Part shown: positions 28,041-36,569 of the stretch, piece by piece
How positions within the stretch are numbered: the stretch's first letter is position 1
Layout: every line of letters begins with the position of its first letter
NCBI GenBank assembly: GCA_964421955.1
Contig: CAYQYU010000006.1
Location: forward strand, 8,382-64,383
Direction: 5' to 3'
Length of the DNA stretch: 56,002 bases
DNA from: an uncultured archaeon
GTDB taxonomy: Archaea; Nanohalarchaeota; Nanosalinia; Nanosalinales; Nanosalinaceae
Translations under genes and position numbers: made by a program
The notes under the pieces: model-generated
Database searches by the model: none
What the model saw: the letters and a program-made list of their open reading frames with translations, nothing else
Told to the model about the DNA's origin: nothing

Positions 28041-28709
28041 TTATACTTTCCTTTCCTGCTTCACGCGGATACCATTTTCATCAAGGCTGACGCCCAGAAT
28101 CCCTCCGTTGACAGGTGTTCTCCTCATCTTGATAACCTGCAGAGAACGGTATGCAGCGTCTCCAAGCGCGAATCCTTCAAGTCTTATAACTCCATCGACC
28201 ACAAACTCGGCGATCCCGAACCTGGTGAGTCTCCCGGACTCGCTTTCCGGTCTTTCACAGGTAACAACTACCGTTGCTTCAAGGTCTTTAAGGTGCTCTA
28301 TAAGCCTGTTGAGATACTTTCTCAGGCCATCGTTTTCACCCCAGTGCATCTCAAAGACGCTGAGAGAGTCCAGGACGATCCGGTCGAAGTCCTCCTCCTT
28401 TATGTATTCGAGTACCTCGGTCTCCAGCTCCCGGGAAGGGTTTATGTGGGCCATCGACAGGTTCTTGAAGTAGTTGTCAAAGTCTATGTCGAACTCCTTT
28501 GCATCCCTGCGGATCTCGTCCGGGCTCTGACCCGTTGTCAGGTAGAGACAGTTATCTTTGTCCTCAAGTCCCTCGGTCAGGAACTGGATGCAGAACGTGG
28601 TTTTACCCGAACCAGGTCCGCCCGTGATAAGAGTTACACTTCCCTCGGGCAAACCTCCTTCCAGGTTATCATCCAGACCTGGAATTCCACTATCGACTCT
28701 CTCCACCAT
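28041..28709 (-). CDS. KaiC/RAD55-family RecA-fold ATPase (single domain)
   Basis: SGIPGLD, GGPGSGKT, RIVLDS, EFVVDGVI, IKMR. Confidence 0.92.
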   Translation of the reverse strand: MVERVDSGIPGLDDNLEGGLPEGSVTLITGGPGSGKTTFCIQFLTEGLEDKDNCLYLTTGQSPDEIRRDAKEFDIDFDNYFKNLSMAHINPSRELETEVLEYIKEEDFDRIVLDSLSVFEMHWGENDGLRKYLNRLIEHLKDLEATVVVTCERPESESGRLTRFGIAEFVVDGVIRLEGFALGDAAYRSLQVIKMRRTPVNGGILGVSLDENGIRVKQERKV

Positions 28710-28815
28710 GGAAAGAATCTTCAACCAAGGTTTTTTACGGCTTTCCACTGTCGCTGCCATACAATGACACTCTAGGTTCCCGGGAAGCTTTAAACCGATG
28801 CGACGGATTTTAATT

Positions 28816-29937
28816 ATGGAAATCGAATCCATCTCACTCAGGGAAATTATTGACTCAAGAACCAACCCAACCGTCGAGGCAGAGGTGAACGACAGCTACG
28901 GCAAGGCGCCTTCAGGAGCATCAACCGGAGAACACTCTGTCAACTGCTCGGTCCCGGATCACATAGACGCGGTCGAGAAACTGCTCTCGAGACTGGAAGG
29001 CCAGGACCTCACGCAGGAAGAGTTTGACACCAGGCTCAAGGAGATAGATGATACCGAAGACTTCTCCCGGCTTGGCGCGGCATCGATCGCGGCGAGCTTC
29101 GGCTTCAAGCAGGCCTCCGGGTTTTCCCACTCGAAGAAGTTCCCGCTACCTCTCAGCAATATTGTCGGCGGCGGAGAACACGGCGGCAACACATCTATCC
29201 AGGAGTTCCTCGTGATTCCGATGGAGGCAGAGAGCTTTCCCGAGGCCGTGGAGACAAACGCGGAGATATACCGCGAGCTGAAATCAAGGTACAGCAGGAA
29301 AGTGAAAGGCATCAACGACGAGGGAGCGCTGATAACCTCGATGGACGACGAAAAGACTCTGAAGGCGGTGAAGAAAGTCGCCGACGAGTACGGCGCGAGG
29401 CTTGGACTCGACGTTGCGGCATCCGAGTTCTACAGGAACGGCGAGTACCACATGGGATCGATGCACCAGACACTATCCCCTGAAGAAATGCTGAAGTTCG
29501 TCCAGAAACTTATAGACGAGTTCGACCTTGTCTACGTCGAGGACCCGTTCGACGAGAACGACTTCAGGAACCACGCGGAGCTGACGAAGAAGAACCCGGA
29601 CGTTCTTGTCTGCGGTGACGATCTCTTCACCACGAATAAAGACCGCTTACAGGAGGGCATCGAGAACGGCTCCTGCAACTCCCTGATCGTTAAGCCCAAC
29701 CAGATAGGAACGGTTACCGATGCACACGAGACCGTTGAAATGGCAAAAGAAAAGGGGTACACCCCTGTGATCTCTCACCGGTCGGGAGAAACCTGTGATT
29801 CGACGATCAGCGATCTCGCGCTGGAATGGGAGTGCCCGTTCATCAAGGCCGGCATCGCCGACATCAGGATCGCAAAGCTCAACCGTTTGATCCGGCTCTG
29901 GAACCAGGTAGAGGGCGCGGAGATAAACCACGGGTAG
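28816..29937 (+). CDS. eno: Enolase (compact)
   Basis: IIDSR-x-NPTVE, PSGASTG, LDVAASE, EDPF, GDDL, KPNQIG, SHRSGET. Confidence 0.95.
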   Translation: MEIESISLREIIDSRTNPTVEAEVNDSYGKAPSGASTGEHSVNCSVPDHIDAVEKLLSRLEGQDLTQEEFDTRLKEIDDTEDFSRLGAASIAASFGFKQASGFSHSKKFPLPLSNIVGGGEHGGNTSIQEFLVIPMEAESFPEAVETNAEIYRELKSRYSRKVKGINDEGALITSMDDEKTLKAVKKVADEYGARLGLDVAASEFYRNGEYHMGSMHQTLSPEEMLKFVQKLIDEFDLVYVEDPFDENDFRNHAELTKKNPDVLVCGDDLFTTNKDRLQEGIENGSCNSLIVKPNQIGTVTDAHETVEMAKEKGYTPVISHRSGETCDSTISDLALEWECPFIKAGIADIRIAKLNRLIRLWNQVEGAEINHG

Positions 29938-29990
29938 CTCCGGGAACAGTTCCGAGACATTATTTAATAGTTGCTCCTCAACACGCAGAT

Positions 29991-30599
29991 ATGCCCGAAC
30001 AAGAACAGGAAGAGCTCCTGGTCGAGCGAGACCAGTACCTGGCGAACGGTGTCCACATCGGCACCAAGTCGCAGCATAAACACATGGAGAAATACATTTT
30101 CCACGTCAAAAAGAACCAGCTCGCCGTCCTGAATCTAGAAAGGACAGACGAGCGCATAAGAGACGCTGCAAAGTTTCTCTCCAGATATGATCCGGGGAAA
30201 ATACTCATAGTATCGAGAAAGGAAGAGTCGCTCCTGCCCGTTACAAAGTTCGCGGAGGCAACAGGCGCAGAAAAGATCGCGGGACGTTTCATGCCAGGAA
30301 CGCTCACGAATCCGCAGTCCGAGAACTTCGTGGAGCCGGAAGTTGTCCTGATTTCGGACCCGGAAACAGACTCCCAGGCGATCAATGAGGCCAGGGATGC
30401 GAAGATTCCGGTGGTTGCGATCGCGGACTCCGCGAACTCGCTCGAGGACATCGACCTGGTTATCCCCGCGAACAACAAAGGCGGGAACGCTCTTGCGATG
30501 GTCTACTACCTTATCGCCAAGAAAATGGCGGAGGAAAAGGGAGAGGACTTCGGCTACGATTTCGAAGACTTCAAACCTGAAGAAGACCAGGGAGAGTAG
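29991..30599 (+). CDS. rps2: 30S ribosomal protein S2
   Basis: YLANGVHIGT, GRFMPGTLTNP, DLVIPANNKG. Confidence 0.97.
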   Translation: MPEQEQEELLVERDQYLANGVHIGTKSQHKHMEKYIFHVKKNQLAVLNLERTDERIRDAAKFLSRYDPGKILIVSRKEESLLPVTKFAEATGAEKIAGRFMPGTLTNPQSENFVEPEVVLISDPETDSQAINEARDAKIPVVAIADSANSLEDIDLVIPANNKGGNALAMVYYLIAKKMAEEKGEDFGYDFEDFKPEEDQGE

Positions 30600-30605
30600 A
30601 TATAG

Positions 30606-30848
30606 ATGAAACTGGTAATAGATTTCTGCACTGACTGTGGACACGTTGAGAAGGCGGTAGAATCCGTAAGAGAGATACTGGAAGATTATCCGGATGATTT
30701 TGATACCGCCGAACTTGTCCCTGCGGAGGATGGAGTATTCCGGATATCGATCGACAGCGAGGTAATCTTCGATATCGATGAAGAGGATTTCTCGGTCCAC
30801 AAAATAAACGAGAAGGTCGAGGAGCATATACAGGACACGGAAGAATGA
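30606..30848 (+). CDS. Rdx (SelW/SelT-like) thioredoxin-fold protein, Cys form
   Basis: FCTDCG, ELVP-x-x-x-G-x-F-x-I. Confidence 0.8.
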   Translation: MKLVIDFCTDCGHVEKAVESVREILEDYPDDFDTAELVPAEDGVFRISIDSEVIFDIDEEDFSVHKINEKVEEHIQDTEE

Positions 30849-31387
30849 GCCTGGAATTTCTTGTAATCGAGGGCACGGTCCGGAACGGACGGAAGAGCAT
30901 ACATGTCGCGCGTGAGATTGTAGGAGAGTTCGAGAACCAGGACTACAGTGCGGAGCTTTTCGACCCTAGAGAAAAAGATATCCCTCTGCTTGAGACCAGG
31001 CGTTACACGGATCCAGAAGAACCTCCTGAAGACGTTGAAGAGTTCGGACGGAAGGTTGAAGAGGCGGACTGTCTGGTGATCGTGACGCCGGAGTATAACC
31101 ACTCGATCCCGGGTGCGCTGAAGAACCTGCTCGACTACCTATACCCGGAGTACGACGACAAGCCTTTCTCGTACGTGACAGTTTCCGGAGGAGGCTTTGG
31201 GGGCGTCCGTGCGCTTGAAGACCTCGAATCACTTACCGTCACGCTCGGAGGACTTCCCGGACCATCACTCGCGGTCTCCCGGGTCAACCAGGTCTTCAAG
31301 GACGGAGAGCTGGTGGATGAAGACTATGCGGAAAGGTTCGAGAATTTTGTCGAGGACTCCGTCGAGCACGTGAGAAAGTTCAGCTAG
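30845..31387 (+). CDS. NADPH-dependent FMN reductase
   Basis: GTVR-x-GR-x-S, VTPEYNHSIPGALKN, GG-x-GG-x-RA. Confidence 0.93.
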   Translation: MSLEFLVIEGTVRNGRKSIHVAREIVGEFENQDYSAELFDPREKDIPLLETRRYTDPEEPPEDVEEFGRKVEEADCLVIVTPEYNHSIPGALKNLLDYLYPEYDDKPFSYVTVSGGGFGGVRALEDLESLTVTLGGLPGPSLAVSRVNQVFKDGELVDEDYAERFENFVEDSVEHVRKFS

Positions 31388-31428
31388 TTTTAGCCAAGAC
31401 TTTAATTCTGCCACGCGAAACCTTATGC

Positions 31429-32106
31429 ATGCCGGCTATAGACGCAAAGAACTTATCGAAGAGCTACGGCGATATCGATGCTCTCAGGGACGTCAGCTTC
31501 GGGGTCGAGAAAGGAGAACTTATAGGCGTTCTCGGCCCTAACGGGGCGGGAAAGTCGACTCTTGTAGAAATCCTGACCTCCCAGCTCGACAGGGACTCGG
31601 GTGAAGTCGAAGTGCTGGGAATCGATCCCCGCGGAAACGGTGTTGAACTCCGGGAGAAACTCGGTGTTTTGCCCGAGCGAGAGGACCCTCCGAGCTTTTT
31701 GACGGGTAACGAGTATCTCGACTTTGTCTCGGATGTTAGAGAAGTGGATATCGACAGGGATGTATGGATCGACCGGCTCAACCTTGAGGGCAAGATGGAT
31801 AACCTGACCCGCGATCTTTCAAAAGGCGAGCGCCAGAAACTGATGCTTATACAGGCTTTCTTCCACGAGCCCGCGCTGGTCTTTATCGACGAGCCGCTGG
31901 TGAATCTCGACCCGATCATTCAGGAGGAGACCAAGGATATCTTCAGGGAGCACCGGGACCGTGGCGGCACAATATTCATGTGCACCCACGTGATCTCGCT
32001 GGCGGAAGAACTCTGTGACCGGGTGATACTGCTCAAAAACGGGGAGGTGCTTGATATAATCGAGGACGTTGAAAACCTGAAGCAGAAGTTCCTTGAAGAA
32101 GAATGA
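31429..32106 (+). CDS. ABC transporter ATP-binding protein
   Basis: GPNGAGKST, LSKGE, FIDEP, TH. Confidence 0.95.
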   Translation: MPAIDAKNLSKSYGDIDALRDVSFGVEKGELIGVLGPNGAGKSTLVEILTSQLDRDSGEVEVLGIDPRGNGVELREKLGVLPEREDPPSFLTGNEYLDFVSDVREVDIDRDVWIDRLNLEGKMDNLTRDLSKGERQKLMLIQAFFHEPALVFIDEPLVNLDPIIQEETKDIFREHRDRGGTIFMCTHVISLAEELCDRVILLKNGEVLDIIEDVENLKQKFLEEE

Positions 32107-33227
32107 TCCGAAGGATGATCAAAGAGGAGTGGAGGATGCACTCCACTCTTTACCGCGGCAGGTCTTTCGCGGCGTTCCCTTTCTTAGTGTTCCTATTCTC
32201 GCTGACCTTCACCTTTGCGACTGTCCGTTACTCGACACTAGATATTTCCGTCCTAGGGTCGGCTCTAAAGGGGATAGCCGCCTTCCTTGGCCTGGCAGTC
32301 GGCTCTATAGGTTTTTCCTCAAGGGACGCGATGAAGAATGTTCTTGGACCGACCAATTTTCTGGCCTACTCCTCGCGCACACTACCTGTTTCCGAGACTC
32401 GATTGCTGTTCGACTTTATCGTGAAGGATATTCTCTACTACATCGCTCTATTCCTGCTGCCGGTTTCTCTGGGAGTCCTTATTCCGACGGGAACCGGGCT
32501 TCTCCCAGCTGCTTTAATGGTGCCTTTCTGGTTCTTCGGCGCTCTCGCGGTCAGCGTCCTGGTAGCAAGAAGCTCGCTGAAGCTTTCTCAGGGCCATCTG
32601 CTCAGCTACAGGAAACTTGAATTTCTTTCCCCGCTAACTTCGAAGTCGGTGCTCGACGTCTCCCGTTCCTCGGGCGGGATGATCAAGGTTCTTTTCTCAA
32701 CGGCGATACTCACAGGTTTCTACTGGTTCGCGGTTCTCCACTTCCCTGCAGCAAGCTATTTCCTCCAGAATCCCCTGCTTTCCTTCAGCGCTGTCATCGG
32801 ATTGCTGAACCTGAGCGTCTACAACTGGCTGAACCGTTTTGACTCGCCAGAGGACTACATGTACCTCCCGCTAGGAAATCTTGACCTGCTCGATGCGAAG
32901 AAACAGGCCTACCTGGTTATCGCGGTGCCTCTGGCAGTTACACTTGTACTGCTTTCGTACCTGGTCTATCCTTCAATGCTGCTTCTGTCGCTGCTGACCG
33001 CTGTATCAACAACTCTTTACACGCTGGCAATAGCTTCCTGGCTCACCGGCCTGAATCCGAACAGGAAGCTTTTCAGCTCTAAAGTATTCCTGAAGTACCT
33101 GGCCGCGAACTCGGTAGTCGTGGTGCCGCTTCTCGTGATGTCGGTAATGTATACCAGAGGTCTTTTCCTGGCGTATATCTCGGTTATCGCCTTTGCGGTA
33201 ACTGTTTATGTAATAAGTCTGCACTGA
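32103..33227 (+). CDS. ABC transporter permease
   Basis: Polytopic membrane protein with ATGA overlap to the ATPase. Confidence 0.8.
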   Translation: MIRRMIKEEWRMHSTLYRGRSFAAFPFLVFLFSLTFTFATVRYSTLDISVLGSALKGIAAFLGLAVGSIGFSSRDAMKNVLGPTNFLAYSSRTLPVSETRLLFDFIVKDILYYIALFLLPVSLGVLIPTGTGLLPAALMVPFWFFGALAVSVLVARSSLKLSQGHLLSYRKLEFLSPLTSKSVLDVSRSSGGMIKVLFSTAILTGFYWFAVLHFPAASYFLQNPLLSFSAVIGLLNLSVYNWLNRFDSPEDYMYLPLGNLDLLDAKKQAYLVIAVPLAVTLVLLSYLVYPSMLLLSLLTAVSTTLYTLAIASWLTGLNPNRKLFSSKVFLKYLAANSVVVVPLLVMSVMYTRGLFLAYISVIAFAVTVYVISLH

Positions 33228-33268
33228 TGTAGAGTCCGCAATTTAAAGCTCCAGCGCCAGACCAAAAC

Positions 33269-33676
33269 ATGTTTGACGAAGATCTACCGGTACGGGAATA
33301 CAGGGAGAGACCGGATCGAGAGTCCAGGAGTGCTACGTACGAGTTTGCTGCCGGAATCGGCCTGGGAACAATAAGCCTCGAATTCTGGTACGGCTTCATA
33401 GGAGACAGTTTCAGGGATGCCGCGAGCGAGATGGATCTCTACGTCGACTACCCGCTCCAGATTGTCGGCTACACCATCTACAACCCTGAACTCCTGGCGC
33501 CGGTGACAACCCTGGCAGGGGCCGCGCTCCTGATTGACGCGGGTATAAACTATTACGGATAGCAGGGGGCCAAGGAGGATATTGAGGAGAGGAGGAGTGT
33601 AGAAGAGTCTCTCAGGGAACTTGAAGGTGAAGTTGATGAGGAACTTGGAGAGATCGAGAACGAACTTGATCCCTGA
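33269..33676 (+). pseudogene. Membrane protein gene interrupted by an in-frame TAG (33560-33562)
   Basis: Frame continues for 37 acidic codons (QGAKEDIEERR...ENELDP) to TGA 33674-33676. Confidence 0.5.
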
Positions 33677-33780
33677 CGGAACTCTCGGAACCTCCCCGGT
33701 ACCTGTTTTCAGTGTTCGACCTTATTCCCACAAATGGTCGAGGAGATCAGGAGAACCGGTGTGAGGGGCATCCGACCCGT
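33676..33780. ncRNA. Candidate structured RNA: ~105-nt interrupted hairpin
   Basis: Nested pairings ACGG/CCGT, TCGGA/TCCGA, CCTC/GAGG, CCGGT/ACCGG, CCTG/CAGG, TCGACC/GGTCGA. Confidence 0.45.
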
Positions 33781-33873
33781 TGATACCGGGAAACAGACCT
33801 CTCTGGCCGGCTATGATCTACCGGAATATTTAAACCCCTGGAAAGCGACCGTTTTAACAGGGTACGCAGGGCA

Positions 33874-34686
33874 ATGTTCAATTTTGGAGACAACGACAAG
33901 GACAAGTTGAAGGAGAACATGGAAGATATCAAGGAAATGGTTAACCGGCACCGGGGTCTTGGGTCGGAATCGGACCAGGAAGAGGATATAGACCGGGGAT
34001 TCGATAATGATGATCTTGAAGGAGGCTTTAGCCCGGTTTCCGAAGGCCAGTCACAGGATTCGGGAGAAAACGTAGAGTCTTTTGACGGCGGGGGAAAGAA
34101 GTCTTTCGACAGTTTACAGGATAACCAGTCCTCTCCTGATTCACAGTCGTTCGATGATCAGGCGCCCGATAAAGAGAAGCAAGAGCTTGAAAGAGAGCTT
34201 GAAACCTTTGAGGAGGAGTTTGGCAGTGGGCAGTCAGGACCATCCCAGCAGGATCCTGGTCAACAGCAGACACAGGGAGAGCAGAATCAGGTCCGTTCTG
34301 CCCGGGAATCAGGACAGCAGCCCCAGCAGAGGGGCCAAGATCGGCGTGAAGAGCAGCATATTCCTTCTTCCCGCAGCGGGTCCTCGGAATCCAGTGATGT
34401 TGACCGGCTGAGCAGCGAAGTTCCCAAGCCTCCAGAGACCCGGGAAATAGATGTTCCGGAGATCGACCGCGGACCTCTTTTCCTGAGGAGACAGAAGTTC
34501 CGGCGTGCAAAACAGCTGATAGACGAGATGCTCTACCTATCACAGGAGGTCGAGAGCACTGTAAACACTCTCGAGGCAGGGATACAGCAGGACCAGTCTA
34601 CCGAACGCGATATCCGCGAGATGCTGAAAGAAGTCGAGGGCAGCAGATCTGATGTAGAGGACATAATCTCGCCCGGCGAAGAATAA
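33874..34686 (+). CDS. Hypothetical protein, disordered S/Q/E/D-rich centre and C-terminal coiled coil
   Basis: Low-complexity composition; GPLFLR followed by heptads. Confidence 0.8.
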   Translation: MFNFGDNDKDKLKENMEDIKEMVNRHRGLGSESDQEEDIDRGFDNDDLEGGFSPVSEGQSQDSGENVESFDGGGKKSFDSLQDNQSSPDSQSFDDQAPDKEKQELERELETFEEEFGSGQSGPSQQDPGQQQTQGEQNQVRSARESGQQPQQRGQDRREEQHIPSSRSGSSESSDVDRLSSEVPKPPETREIDVPEIDRGPLFLRRQKFRRAKQLIDEMLYLSQEVESTVNTLEAGIQQDQSTERDIREMLKEVEGSRSDVEDIISPGEE

Positions 34687-34712
34687 AAAACTCTTCCACC
34701 CAACTTTCGACT

Positions 34713-34940
34713 ATGAGAAAGGAAGAAATTATTGAGTTCCTGGAGGAGTACAGGGATGCTAACTCGGAGCAGGCGCTTCTTGAACTCCTTAAAGACAAGC
34801 TTGTGAACGAGCTCGAGAGCTTTAATGCAGCAACTGAAAGACAGAAACACGACCTCAACCTGCTTATACGCGATCTCGAGGAGGAGCTTGACTACATCGA
34901 GAGCGACAAGCTCGCCGAATTTGACCCCGAGCAGCAATAG
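34713..34940 (+). CDS. Small hypothetical acidic helical protein
   Basis: ATG ORF with host-like codon usage. Confidence 0.7.
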   Translation: MRKEEIIEFLEEYRDANSEQALLELLKDKLVNELESFNAATERQKHDLNLLIRDLEEELDYIESDKLAEFDPEQQ

Positions 34941-35657
34941 CTAAATCTCCTCAGGATCGGGATAGAAAAGTTCTGCTTCTGGATAGTCTTCCTTAATCCT
35001 GTTCACCACTAGGGGATAGATCGCTCCGAAATCCTCGTTTTCACCCTCGAAAGGGATCGAGATATCCATGGAAGACGTAGTTTTTTCTTCGCCTATATTC
35101 GCGCGTATACTGTATTCGATCGACCATCTCTGATCTTCTTCGACATATTTCGGATCCATCAGAATGGAGATGTTTTGCTGGCTCTCCCTAAAAACATTCA
35201 GAAAATCCTCAATCTTCCCAACTGAGTTCTCTATCATGCTGCTTTCCTTCGGGGACGAGAAGTAATGGAGATCTACCTCGGGAAACTCTGTTGTAAAACG
35301 TTCTATCCACTCCAGGTAATCCAGTTCTTCAAAAGCGTCTAACCCGGTGAAGTTCTGCTCCGTACTGAAGGAGTGATTCAGTTCTATCTCGCTCTTGTCG
35401 CCGGTCATTTCCGCGGTATAACCCATTTCAACAGGGTCACCGTCCTCGTTAAGGGTCGGCGACAGATAAATCTTCAGCTGGTTAGGTTCTGCATCAAGCG
35501 CCTTCATGTAGTTCCTGACTCCATCAAGAGCCGCATCGATAAGACTGTAGTCGTTCACCTTTAAGAGTTGACTGTGAGCCAAGATAAGGAATGTTTCGCT
35601 GCTGGAAATGCAACAAGCCACACCTGTTTCTGAGATACCGGAGATCCAGGCTCGCAT
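34941..35657 (-). CDS. Hypothetical acidic protein (start uncertain)
   Basis: Long acidic ORF; its stop abuts the stop of the convergent gene. Confidence 0.6.
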   Translation of the reverse strand: MRAWISGISETGVACCISSSETFLILAHSQLLKVNDYSLIDAALDGVRNYMKALDAEPNQLKIYLSPTLNEDGDPVEMGYTAEMTGDKSEIELNHSFSTEQNFTGLDAFEELDYLEWIERFTTEFPEVDLHYFSSPKESSMIENSVGKIEDFLNVFRESQQNISILMDPKYVEEDQRWSIEYSIRANIGEEKTTSSMDISIPFEGENEDFGAIYPLVVNRIKEDYPEAELFYPDPEEI

Positions 35658-35731
35658 CGTATATAAAAAAGTTTTACTCGACTCTAGTAATACTCATAGG
35701 CAACCGATGACCCTTTGAGGTGCTAACAAAA

Positions 35732-36118
35732 ATGGCTACATTCCAGAAGTTTGAACCGAACGAATCACTCGCAGAAAAAACCTACGATACAGTTGAAGAG
35801 GCCCAGGGCTCCGGTACAGTAGTGATCGGGGTCAACGAGGTTACGAAGGCTATAGAGAGAAATGAGGCCTCGCTTGTTGTGATCGCCTCCGACGTTTCCC
35901 CGGAAGAGGTGGTCATGCATCTCCCAGCGCTCTGTGACGAGAGAGATATCCCATATACATACGTTCCGGAGAAGGAAGAGCTGGGGCTTGCGGCAGGCAT
36001 AGAAGTTCAATCAGCCGCTGTAGCTGTAACTTCCGCCGGAAGTGCAGAGGACGATGTCCAGGACGTCGCCCAAAAATCCCGTGAACTTCTCGACAAGGAC
36101 GAAGAAGACGAAGAATAA
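35732..36118 (+). CDS. rpl7ae: 50S ribosomal protein L7Ae
   Basis: GVNEVTKAIER, LVVIASDVSPEEVVMHLP, LGLAAG. Confidence 0.97.
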   Translation: MATFQKFEPNESLAEKTYDTVEEAQGSGTVVIGVNEVTKAIERNEASLVVIASDVSPEEVVMHLPALCDERDIPYTYVPEKEELGLAAGIEVQSAAVAVTSAGSAEDDVQDVAQKSRELLDKDEEDEE

Positions 36119-36129
36119 AAGGGTAGAAA

Positions 36130-36306
36130 ATGGTACTCGCCAAGGTAGTCGAAGTGATCGGGGAACAGGGCCATAGAAGCGTCCGTAAAGTGAGGTGCAG
36201 GATTGTCGAGGGATCTGAAGAAGGCAAGATTCTCGTGAGGAATGTCCGGGGACCTGTAAGAGAGGACGATGTGGTTCACATCAAGGAAACGGAGATGGAG
36301 GGATAG
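36130..36306 (+). CDS. rps28e: 30S ribosomal protein S28e (not in ORF track)
   Basis: AKVVEVIG...VRCRI...RNVRGPVREDD...ETE. Confidence 0.93.
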   Translation: MVLAKVVEVIGEQGHRSVRKVRCRIVEGSEEGKILVRNVRGPVREDDVVHIKETEMEG

Positions 36307-36354
36307 GCGAAAATGCAAGATTTTCCCGGACTCAAACACAGGGTGATTGAGTAG

Positions 36355-36507
36355 ATGGTAGAATGTGATTACTGCGGAGACGAGGTCAGGAAGACCGAGG
36401 GCAAGATGATGGTTCTCCAGTCCGGGGAGAAGCTTTACTTCTGCTCGAGCAAGTGCGAGAAAAACTATAGTCAGAAAAGAAGCCATCGTTACCCTGAGAA
36501 AAAATAG
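36355..36507 (+). CDS. rpl24e: 50S ribosomal protein L24e (not in ORF track)
   Basis: CDYCG...GKMMV...G...YFCSSKCEKN. Confidence 0.93.
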   Translation: MVECDYCGDEVRKTEGKMMVLQSGEKLYFCSSKCEKNYSQKRSHRYPEKK

Positions 36508-36569
36508 TTTTTAGGACAGCCAGCGACTTTATAAAATTTCGATCAGATAGGCGTTTATAGTGATGTTCT

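Noticed and set aside
30606-30848. Selenoprotein
   Set aside because: Motif is CxxC with no in-frame TGA
33560-33562. Genome-wide TAG reassignment or pyrrolysine
   Set aside because: Conserved genes here (ppa, rps2, infB, rpoK) end correctly at TAG; no pyl genes in the window
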